Of a stretch of 43,119 bases of DNA, positions 31,302 through 38,734 are shown in pieces. The stretch is from a virus: the IMG/VR virus record IMGVR_UViG_3300010287_000001, positions 1 to 43,119 of that record. One strand, given 5' to 3'. A model generated the notes under the pieces. It worked only from the letters and a program-made list of their open reading frames with translations, was not told where the DNA came from and ran no database searches. The translations under genes and the position numbers were made by a program. Position 1 is the first letter of the stretch. Every line of letters begins with the position of its first letter.

Positions 31302-32094
31302 TCACCTCCTGGTAATCATCCTCCCAGCCCTTCGCATTGAGCCATGTAGCCGGGTAGGGGATGTATGCGCCAGCGTCCTTGATCCAGTCCCTAGACTTCC
31401 TAGCGCGCTCCAGCCCCTCGATGATTTGCGCGAATAGTGCGTCATCTGGCGCGATCTTGACCCATGCACGCTCGGCCTGGCCCTTGCTCTTCTTACGAGG
31501 GTATTGCGCCCAGAACTGGTCGAAGAGCTGCTCCTGCCGTCGGCTTTTGAACGGCGATCGTGGCCCGCTCTTCGGTGAAGGCTTGTCCATTGGTGCGTCA
31601 TGGGTATCCTCTTGCGCGTCGTCAGGCGCGCATATAGTACTATCCTCTACTCTACTCTCCTCTACTCTACTCTGTGGGTTTTCGGGTGTAGAAACCCCGC
31701 CATCGCTAGGTTTTCGGGCGTAGAAACTCGGCTTGGATGGGATTTCTATGCCCCGATTCTTATAGACTGGAGCAACACCATTCACAAAGTTCTGACTCCA
31801 GACCACCCAATGACACTCCCACAACTCCCGATCAATGGCGTCTAGCCTAGCCAGCAGGTCGAGTATTTCACGGCATTTATCTCCGTACAGACGGGTTTTC
31901 GCCTGTAGAAACTCCCAGTCTGCCGAGTTTTCTAGGTGTAGAAAGTGGCCCTCGGTAGTCCCCAGCAACTCCAGGAGCTTAAACCAGAACGCATACCCAT
32001 CGTTGCCGTATTTCTGTTCTAGGATGAACATGGTCTTGCCGTGATTACACTGGTGCGGGAAGTAGTCTACCGTCCGCTTCTTAGGTCGCGCCAT
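31216..32094 (-). CDS. Replisome organizer / replication initiator, DUF4373 (Lin1244/Lin1753-like N-domain)
   Basis: MARPKKRTVDYFPHQCNHGKTMFILEQKYGNDGYAFWFKLLELL is the family hallmark. Contains DNA iterons. Confidence 0.8.
   Translation of the reverse strand: MARPKKRTVDYFPHQCNHGKTMFILEQKYGNDGYAFWFKLLELLGTTEGHFLHLENSADWEFLQAKTRLYGDKCREILDLLARLDAIDRELWECHWVVWSQNFVNGVAPVYKNRGIEIPSKPSFYARKPSDGGVSTPENPQSRVEESRVEDSTICAPDDAQEDTHDAPMDKPSPKSGPRSPFKSRRQEQLFDQFWAQYPRKKSKGQAERAWVKIAPDDALFAQIIEGLERARKSRDWIKDAGAYIPYPATWLNAKGWEDDYQEVNGSGNAHRGHQPYTEDDGYDWDKLARRS
31644..31673. repeat. Perfect 15-bp tandem duplication (CCTCTACTCTACTCT x2)
   Basis: Lies within the replication gene, adjacent to the iterons. 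Encodes SRVEESRVED. Confidence 0.8.
31678..31945. repeat. Four iterons (minus strand GTTTCTAC-N5-GAAAAC) in two pairs spaced 32 bp; candidate replication origin
   Basis: Copies at 31678-31695, 31710-31727, 31895-31912 and 31927-31945. They are translated in three different reading frames (VSTPEN, FYARKP, FLQAKT/FLHLEN). Confidence 0.65.
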
Positions 32095-32095
32095 C

Positions 32096-32188
32096 TTATC
32101 CCCTCCAGATACCCTCCACAATCGCCCACACCATAGCCGCCAGCATCGCAGCGGTCAGGACACGGATTAGCACGTCGAAGATTTTCAT
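32096..32188 (-). CDS. Tiny hydrophobic peptide (30 aa), not in the ORF track
   Basis: MKIFDVLIRVLTAAMLAAMVWAIVEGIWRG. ATGA overlap with the DUF5131 stop. Its own stop lies 1 nt before the next ATG. SD GGAGGT. Confidence 0.4.
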   Translation of the reverse strand: MKIFDVLIRVLTAAMLAAMVWAIVEGIWRG

Positions 32189-33078
32189 GGGGATACCTCC
32201 GGTCTCTGATCCCATATCTGCCCATCGAGGAGACGGCCTGCGGCTTTTTTGCCGACGCGCACCATCAGGGCCTCACCGGGTTTTCTAAACCCCATCATAT
32301 GGCCTACCTGTGCATATACGCTGGTTCCATCCATACCCAAGCAAAGTTCTCGCTTTCTTCCGTTGTCAGAACTCCAAGGTCGACAAGCCCACTCGCCCCA
32401 GCTTTTAAAAAAGAACGGCACACCTGCCGATTGGCATTGGTCTCGGAGACTTCGCACCCAATCAGGATGCATGGGCCGGGCATCAGGACCAGTTTCGCCG
32501 CCGCAGATTACCCAGTCAAGCCCCGGCAACCCCTTCGCAAGCCCTAATTTCACTGGTTCCAGCATAGGCTCGACTGACACAAACCGCATCGCTGCAGGGA
32601 TCTTCAAAAGGTGTAGGATGCGCTTAACAGCGTCCTGATTTTCGACGGTGACACCCAGCCCGAGGTTGGGCAGATAGTCACCGCCACCAAGGACACGTGC
32701 TCCTTTACCGCCATACAGCTTGTCCTCGATGTTTTCCGGCCGCTTTGTCAGCATCAAGAATGTGTGCTGTGGGCAAGCAGCAATGATTTCTAGCACATTG
32801 TCGATGAAGTCGGTGGGAACATTGCTGTGGAATATATCTCCCATGCTGCACACGAATACCGTGCGTGGTTTGCGCCAGCGCAACGGCTCCTCCAACCTCT
32901 CCGGCCAGCATGACACCCGAAACCCCTCGTATCGCTCTCGATGTGGCACTGCGGGGTTCTGCGATAGTCGATGGGCTATGCGCCTTGCATAACAGTTGCG
33001 GCAGCCCTCGCTGACCGGTGTGCAGCCGGTAACGGGGTTCCAGGAGTAATCAGTCCACTGTATCGAGGTCTTGCCCAC
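32185..33078 (-). CDS. Phage Gp37/Gp68-family protein (DUF5131) with a three-Cys motif
   Basis: TSIQWTDYSWNPVTGCTPVSEGCRNCYA...FVCSMGDIF. GTG 33078 lies 7 nt after SD AGGAGGTG, so the ORF-track N-terminal extension is rejected. Confidence 0.8.
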   Translation of the reverse strand: MGKTSIQWTDYSWNPVTGCTPVSEGCRNCYARRIAHRLSQNPAVPHRERYEGFRVSCWPERLEEPLRWRKPRTVFVCSMGDIFHSNVPTDFIDNVLEIIAACPQHTFLMLTKRPENIEDKLYGGKGARVLGGGDYLPNLGLGVTVENQDAVKRILHLLKIPAAMRFVSVEPMLEPVKLGLAKGLPGLDWVICGGETGPDARPMHPDWVRSLRDQCQSAGVPFFFKSWGEWACRPWSSDNGRKRELCLGMDGTSVYAQVGHMMGFRKPGEALMVRVGKKAAGRLLDGQIWDQRPEVSP

Positions 33079-33481
33079 GCCCTTGCACCTCCTCTCTGTC
33101 AAGCGCCTCGCGGAAACACTCTCCGCACGCACGCTCGGGGCAACGACTACCCAGCATCCTGGGAGGACAGCAGCTGTCGTCAAGCCAGCGCAAGATGGTC
33201 TCCTCCCGCCTCCGCAGCCTCTCGACCTCAGCCTCCGCCTTCAGAGCACGCTCGATGGCATGAGGCCAGCCCTCACGGGCTTCGGCGATAAAGTGCATGT
33301 TCTCGGTGGGCCTGTTCTCACCACGCGGACATGGATCGCCTGCGATACATATGCACCCCATCGACTCTACCTGATAGACCTCCATGCCGTCTGGACCGCA
33401 CGTCTCGGGAAGTGCGATCCACGGCCCCGGCGTCGCCTTCTTACATAGTTCTAAGTCTCTTAGCAGGTCACGCATGGTCAT
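33050..33481 (-). CDS. Ead/Ea22-like protein (ATPGPW motif)
   Basis: MTMRDLLRDLELCKKATPGPW, followed by a coiled-coil-like and Cys-rich C-terminus. Confidence 0.55.
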   Translation of the reverse strand: MTMRDLLRDLELCKKATPGPWIALPETCGPDGMEVYQVESMGCICIAGDPCPRGENRPTENMHFIAEAREGWPHAIERALKAEAEVERLRRREETILRWLDDSCCPPRMLGSRCPERACGECFREALDREEVQGRGQDLDTVD

Positions 33482-33648
33482 CACCCTCCCGCGTCTCCGC
33501 TTCATACCACTCGCCCGCATGGGTGGGCGGCTTCTGCCTAAGCCGCCCACATAGTTCCCAATCCCGTTTCAGGTCACGCATCGTCATCGAATCTCAGCCG
33601 CTCAATCCGCAGATGACACAGTTTATCGTCCCTGCGCTTCCCCTCTGT

Positions 33649-33906
33649 TTACTCTTCGTCTTTCTTCGGCCCGATACAGTAGTGGTCAGGGTGGCCAGGC
33701 CCGTCGTTGGCGTAGCAACCGGCTTCAAGCAGAGTGCAGCCGCTGCAATCCTTCCGCCTGACTCCAGCTCGACAACCGTCACTCGGCTCGCCGCACATCA
33801 TGATCTGATCTGGCTCAACGGAGCATCCGCAGCCCTCGTAGTAGAGTCCGTCGTAGCCGTGTTCTCGCAACCAATCTCGTACAATCTCCCTAATGGTCTT
33901 ACTCAT
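33649..33906 (-). CDS. Cys-rich small protein (85 aa)
   Basis: ATG start with 11 Cys residues. No family recognised. Confidence 0.5.
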   Translation of the reverse strand: MSKTIREIVRDWLREHGYDGLYYEGCGCSVEPDQIMMCGEPSDGCRAGVRRKDCSGCTLLEAGCYANDGPGHPDHYCIGPKKDEE

Positions 33907-34045
33907 GCCCTGTCACCTCCTTTCGCATCGAACTAGCACCTACCGCCTGCCCGAGGACCCACGGGCCGAGTCGCCCAAGGTCGATCCCAAGCGTCTCGCT
34001 CGACAGCCATACTTGTTTCCAGAACCACTGCCACAGTCGTTTCAC
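33899..34045 (-). CDS. Possible small protein (48 aa), not in the ORF track
   Basis: GTG start after GAGGAGGGGTGGGA. VKRLWQWFWKQVWLSSETLGIDLGRLGPWVLGQAVGASSMRKEVTGHE. Overlaps the next start by 8 nt. Confidence 0.3.
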   Translation of the reverse strand: MKRLWQWFWKQVWLSSETLGIDLGRLGPWVLGQAVGASSMRKEVTGHE

Positions 34046-34057
34046 TCCCACCCCTCC

Positions 34058-34618
34058 TCACTCTCCCCGCACCGCGCCATCTCGGTGCCACGCTATGTGG
34101 ATGGCAGGGTGCTCGATCTCGTCATTGGCCCGCTCCCAACTCTGCTCTAGGCCCCACAGCATGGCGGCCAGATTAGCGACATCTACCCAGTCACCACGCT
34201 CGGCATTGGCAAGCAGCTTCTGTCGGATCATGTCTCTGTTGGCCGGATCGTTCCATCCTGTGTATCCCTCGACCGCCTTATCGTAGAGCTTATACCGCAT
34301 TGCCGAAGCAAACCTGTGAACCAGCTCTCCCAAGGCCCTCATTTCAGCGACCAGCGTGCCATTCGGATCTGCCATCTCGGCTTCGTCGTAGGCTTTGTAG
34401 TCGAGCGGGAATAGTTCGAGCAACAGATCGCGGAGCTGCACCAGGCTCTCTTCATCGCTGAACTCGGCTATCCGGGCCACGCTCTTGCCAGGGACCCTAT
34501 CAATGATCGACAGCTTTCGAATCTTATTCTTAGGGTAGAAAGCGGGGTCGAGGTTCTTTGCCGTCGTAATGACGAGCTCTCCGGTGTTGAGCTGTGTAAT
34601 ATTCAAACCTTGGTTCAC
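34058..34618 (-). CDS. Hypothetical protein; C-terminal helical region faintly MazG-like (all-alpha NTP-PPase)
   Basis: GTG 34618 lies 5 nt after SD GGAGGAG. The C-terminus reads MRYKLYDKAVEGYTGWND...ERGDWVDVANLAAMLW. The ORF-track start (34828) is rejected as an unlikely extension. Confidence 0.5.
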   Translation of the reverse strand: MNQGLNITQLNTGELVITTAKNLDPAFYPKNKIRKLSIIDRVPGKSVARIAEFSDEESLVQLRDLLLELFPLDYKAYDEAEMADPNGTLVAEMRALGELVHRFASAMRYKLYDKAVEGYTGWNDPANRDMIRQKLLANAERGDWVDVANLAAMLWGLEQSWERANDEIEHPAIHIAWHRDGAVRGE

Positions 34619-34800
34619 ACAATCTCCTCCTCTCTGGTTTAGAAGGCGGCCCTCAGCTTTCGCTTCCTTGGGCCTAACCTGAAGGGGAATATACCCTCGG
34701 CAGCTTGTAAGGGGGGGGTCTGCCTCATCACCTCCTGCTATGTGTGTAGGACTCAACATGGACTCCCTCTCGTCTCGTCTCTCGGCTGCTGAGGGCATAA

Positions 34801-35496
34801 TCAAGCTATGTAGACAGGCACTCCACAAACCTCCTGCACCCGGCGCTTGAACAGCATCTCGTCGCTGTGGTCGTTGCTCAGGTGCAGGAGCCAGACTTCT
34901 CTGAGCCGGCCCAGGTCATTGGCCTCGAGCATCTCCAGAGCCCGCTCCAGGCTCATGTGGTTGCGGATGATCCTCGACCTCAACACCCGATCCAGCTCCC
35001 CGGCCTCGTAGCGCTGGCGCAGCAGCTCGCTGGACCAGTTGGCCTCGATCATGATCTGTGTCAGTCCCGGGAAGCGGTATTTGCAGTATGCGGTGTCGCT
35101 CAGGTAGAGGAGCTTGTCCCCTCCACTCGCCAGCAGGAAACCGGCGGGCTCAGCTGCATCATGCACGGTGTCAAATGGCACGACAGCGATGGTCCCGATC
35201 CGAAACCCGACCCTTGCGCTGATGTGTCGAAGCCTGTGTCCAGCGAGCCCCAATGCCTTGGCTGTGCCATCGGTCATGTAGACATCGACGCCTCTCCGGA
35301 GCAGGTCTGCGGCGGCCCTGGCATGGTCCATGTGCTCGTGACTGACTAGCACCCCGTGGATCTCGCTTGACCTGAACCCGAGGCCTCGTTGGATCTCCCG
35401 GAGGGGCAGACCACACTCGATGAGGATATGGGTCTGCCCGTCGCTCACTCGGTAGCAGTTGCCTGCGCTCCCACTGGCGAGCACTCGAATGTCCAT
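34801..35496 (-). CDS. MBL-fold metallo-hydrolase
   Basis: LVSHEHMDH is the HxHxDH motif. The N-terminus MDIRVLASGSAGN is typical. TGATG coupling to RecT. Confidence 0.85.
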   Translation of the reverse strand: MDIRVLASGSAGNCYRVSDGQTHILIECGLPLREIQRGLGFRSSEIHGVLVSHEHMDHARAAADLLRRGVDVYMTDGTAKALGLAGHRLRHISARVGFRIGTIAVVPFDTVHDAAEPAGFLLASGGDKLLYLSDTAYCKYRFPGLTQIMIEANWSSELLRQRYEAGELDRVLRSRIIRNHMSLERALEMLEANDLGRLREVWLLHLSNDHSDEMLFKRRVQEVCGVPVYIA

Positions 35497-36404
35497 CAGA
35501 ATCCTGGTCCTAACTCGGTCTGAGTGCCGGTGTCGTTCTCGGATCCGGCGGCCTCTTTGGCGCCTTCCTCCGTGGCCTCCTGTGCAGTCTCAGGCTCCGC
35601 AGTCACTTCCTCGGCCTCAATGTCGATTGTCTCTGCATTTGCATGCTCTGCAACCTCAGCATCCATGGCATCCTCGACGTAATCGTCGGACCTGTTCATG
35701 TGGTGGAGAAGCAGGTAATCATCGGTGCTGCTATTGATGACGGTCTTGCAGGCCCGCCTGATGACGGTCCTCAGTGCCATCTGGTCCGGGAACTCATGGT
35801 GTGGAGTCCCGCTCCCGTCCGTCTTGTACTGTGGGCTCTTCTTCCACGACTGCTGTATCTGCTGCCAGGTCATGATCTCGGTATGCGCTGGCCGGTCGTC
35901 GCCCGGCTCGATGATGCAGTAGGCAGCGACGATCTTGTCGGGTTTGACGTTCTTGATCTCCTGGACGTGCTTGGTGATGCGCTTGCGCCCCTGGGCGATC
36001 TCGTAGACGAACTCGTCGCCCTCATAGACCACGTCGTAGTAGATCTCAACCTTTGGCAGGACCCGTTTCACAATCGCCATGTCGCCGAAGTAACTGGGTT
36101 GGAAGGCGAGCCGCTTGCCGTAGGCGATGAAGTACCCCTGCTTCTTGGCCGGATTGAGGCCCAGAATCACCATGTCCAGCAGGCTGTTGGCGATGCTGTC
36201 TCTGGTGCAGACCTGCAGAACGGGTTGTTTGTCTTTGTCGGTCACACCCTGCAGGATCAGCCAGGCCGCCTTTAGCGCGTTCTCGGCGCTGTAGTCCGGC
36301 GGTAGGTGCAGTTGGTTGCTCTCGATCAGTGATCTGATTTTGGTTGAGACGACATCGACGGTGTCCTTTTTGAGCAGTGCTAGAGCATTGACGTTGTTAC
36401 TCAC
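35496..36404 (-). CDS. recT: RecT-family single-strand annealing protein
   Basis: SIANSLLDMVILGLNPAKKQGYFIAYGKRLAFQPSYFG fits the RecT core. GTG 36404 follows SD GGGAG. Confidence 0.85.
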   Translation of the reverse strand: MSNNVNALALLKKDTVDVVSTKIRSLIESNQLHLPPDYSAENALKAAWLILQGVTDKDKQPVLQVCTRDSIANSLLDMVILGLNPAKKQGYFIAYGKRLAFQPSYFGDMAIVKRVLPKVEIYYDVVYEGDEFVYEIAQGRKRITKHVQEIKNVKPDKIVAAYCIIEPGDDRPAHTEIMTWQQIQQSWKKSPQYKTDGSGTPHHEFPDQMALRTVIRRACKTVINSSTDDYLLLHHMNRSDDYVEDAMDAEVAEHANAETIDIEAEEVTAEPETAQEATEEGAKEAAGSENDTGTQTELGPGF

Positions 36405-36408
36405 AATC

Positions 36409-38337
36409 TCACTCCCTCTCAATTCTCAAAATCTTGTCATCTGGACTCACAACCAGCCGGATGAGCTGGGCGTTTTCAACTGGAAGCAGTTCGCAGACTG
36501 CCTCTGCATTGTCGATGAAAATGGGTGCGCTGGAGCCGTAGTGGCGTGACAGCGTGCGGATGATGTCGAGGCCCACGTTAATGCGGGCGGCCTTGTTCAG
36601 GTCGGCGTAGGGCACGCCGCCAAAGGTGACCTCGCAGCACGGCTCCAAGGCGCCGTTCACGAGCTTATTGAAGAGCTTGAATCGTGCGAACTCGAAGTGA
36701 CTGGCGACCTTGTCCTCCAGGAGGTTGGCTCTGGCCCGCTCGAACTGCTCGCAGAGGTAGAGTTCGGCCTCCAACTTCTCATACTCAGCAGCGAGCTCTC
36801 GCTCACGCGCCTTGAGCTCCTCGATGCGCTGCTGCCCCTGCTCCCGGAGCTTGAGTTTCTCTTCCTCGCCCCGCAGGGCTTGGAGAGCGGTTCTCATCGT
36901 GCCGAGTGACTTCTCGAGGTCTGATATGGCCTCCGACTGGTCGAGTTGGAGACCTCTGAGCTCGGTAACGAGCCTGTCGCGCTGCGCCTGCTTTTCAGCG
37001 AGTCCAGGAATCTCGACCTGAGAGCTCTTCAGCTCCTTCATCTCGGCTCGCAACTCGGCTTCCTGTTGGCGCAGTCTCTCCAGCTCGGCCTGCTGCTCCT
37101 GTTTCGCTGCTTCAGCGTTCTGCAGGCTCTTGGTGTGTTCCTCAATCTGTTTAGCCGTCTGCTTGCCCTCGTGAGTGATGTGCCCCAGCGTCTCGGCCTT
37201 GTGTCGGTTGAAGCTGGCCTTTGCCTCTTCGATCTGCTCATCGGGCAGGGCTTGTCCACAGGTTGGGCAGGTTTCGTCACCCTGCCACTGCTTGGCGTTT
37301 TCCTCATGCCACTGCTTGCGGAGTGCCTCGACCAGCATGTTTGAGGTGCGAATACCCTCGGCCAGGCTCGCGATTTGGGTGCCGATGGTGAATATGCGCT
37401 GCTCGCAGTCCGCTATAGCATCGAGGACTGTTTGGAGCTCCTTCCACTTGTTTTCGACCGCCTTGTCCAGCTCGCTGTAGGTCTCCGTTTGGAGCTTGGC
37501 GATCTCCGCGTCTAGCTCGTTGAGCTCACGCTGTTTTGCAGCGACCGCGCCGCCGGCTCTGAGCTCGGCGAGCTTCTCCTGATAGTCTTGGATCGCCTCC
37601 TCTGCCTTTCGGATGTCCTCGGCCAGGGCCTCGGGATCGTTCTCAACCCTCGGCAGCGCCCTGGTGGCCTCATCGATGCGCATGGGTATGTGCTCGAGCT
37701 CCCGGTTGATGTCGCGCATACGGGACTTGATGAGGTCCGTGTGCGCCTCGACAGATCGGCCTGCGAGGATGGCGGTCAGGCGTTTCAACCCCTCGTCCGC
37801 GGCGACGACATCCTCGGTGGACACATCGCCGCAGACCTCGAGCAGGATGCGTCTGCGGTCCTCCCAATGGAGCTGCTCACTGAAATAGGTGGGATTTGTC
37901 AGCAGTTTGAACGCGTCCTCGTCAATCAGCGAGCTGATCCGGGCCTCATACTCGGACTTTTTGATCGGGACATCGTCGATGTAGTAGTCGGTAGTATGGC
38001 CCGTGAATTCGGCTGTGGCAGAACCTCTGCGCTTCGTCCATTTTTCCTTGTAGCTCTTTTTGAGAGTGAGTTCCTGGCCGTCAACCAACAGGACCGCCTC
38101 AACCTCATGATCGAGGCCGTGGAGCGGTTCGCCGGACTCATCGAGGGTCTTGATGTTGAAATCCTTGCGATTGGTCGAGTCCTTATCGAACAGGAGCCAG
38201 AGGAAGGCGTCATAGATGGTGGTTTTGCCTGTGGCATTGGCCCCGTAGATCGAGGCGTTGCGCCCGTTCAGGCCTAACGTCAGGGACTTGATCCCCTTGA
38301 AGTTGGTGAGTATCAGCTTTTGTAGTCGTATCTCCAC
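36409..38337 (-). CDS. Rad50/SbcC-like AAA ATPase with long coiled coil and CxxC hook
   Basis: N-terminus LILTNFKGIK...IYGANATGKTTIYDA (Walker A). About 350 aa of coiled coil with a central CPTCGQAL. C-terminal signature / Walker B region. Confidence 0.85.
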   Translation of the reverse strand: MEIRLQKLILTNFKGIKSLTLGLNGRNASIYGANATGKTTIYDAFLWLLFDKDSTNRKDFNIKTLDESGEPLHGLDHEVEAVLLVDGQELTLKKSYKEKWTKRRGSATAEFTGHTTDYYIDDVPIKKSEYEARISSLIDEDAFKLLTNPTYFSEQLHWEDRRRILLEVCGDVSTEDVVAADEGLKRLTAILAGRSVEAHTDLIKSRMRDINRELEHIPMRIDEATRALPRVENDPEALAEDIRKAEEAIQDYQEKLAELRAGGAVAAKQRELNELDAEIAKLQTETYSELDKAVENKWKELQTVLDAIADCEQRIFTIGTQIASLAEGIRTSNMLVEALRKQWHEENAKQWQGDETCPTCGQALPDEQIEEAKASFNRHKAETLGHITHEGKQTAKQIEEHTKSLQNAEAAKQEQQAELERLRQQEAELRAEMKELKSSQVEIPGLAEKQAQRDRLVTELRGLQLDQSEAISDLEKSLGTMRTALQALRGEEEKLKLREQGQQRIEELKARERELAAEYEKLEAELYLCEQFERARANLLEDKVASHFEFARFKLFNKLVNGALEPCCEVTFGGVPYADLNKAARINVGLDIIRTLSRHYGSSAPIFIDNAEAVCELLPVENAQLIRLVVSPDDKILRIERE

Positions 38338-38355
38338 AGTCTCACCTCCAGTTTC

Positions 38356-38730
38356 TCACACGGTAACTCCGGCCTCGGCTTCCTCGCGAGTCAGGTAAAC
38401 GTGATTCTCGATGATGTCCGTCAGAGTATGGCCGCCCCTCAACCGCACGTCATAGTAGATGATTGCGCACCGTCCCTGTCTGCTCGTCGTCTCAATCCTG
38501 TCGATGGTGCCGGTCATGACGAGCGGCTCCCGGGCGATGATCTTGCCGGTGCCCCCGCACTCAGTGCACCGCACAGGCACGTCCTGGACAATACCGTCCT
38601 CGAACTTGAGGTCGGCTTTGAACTCGCCCACACCTTTGCAGATAGGGCAATCAACCTCTTCCTCTGCGCTGTATCGGTCAGTCTTGACATACACGGTCTG
38701 CCCGATGTCGTACTTGGTCCTGATCTCCAC
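38356..38730 (-). CDS. Zinc-ribbon protein (CPICKGVG...CTECGGTG, DnaJ-type CxxCxGxG)
   Basis: 124 aa. GTG start with SD GGGAGGTGA. Confidence 0.55.
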   Translation of the reverse strand: MEIRTKYDIGQTVYVKTDRYSAEEEVDCPICKGVGEFKADLKFEDGIVQDVPVRCTECGGTGKIIAREPLVMTGTIDRIETTSRQGRCAIIYYDVRLRGGHTLTDIIENHVYLTREEAEAGVTV

Positions 38731-38734
38731 AGTC

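Noticed and set aside
33079-33183. The 35-aa N-terminal extension of the DUF5131 ORF, and similar extensions of ORFs 500-1051, 12060-13385, 28536-29018, 40250-40531, 40655-41080 and 40999-41715.
   Set aside because: The family-typical N-termini begin at internal ATG/GTG codons that carry strong SDs. The extensions overlap upstream genes or intergenic regulatory DNA.
34619-34828. The N-terminal extension of ORF 34058-34828 (start at 34828 or 34759).
   Set aside because: The extension is low-complexity, overlaps the MBL gene end and has poor SDs. GTG 34618 has a near-consensus SD at optimal spacing. It is kept only as an alternative in the poly-G finding.
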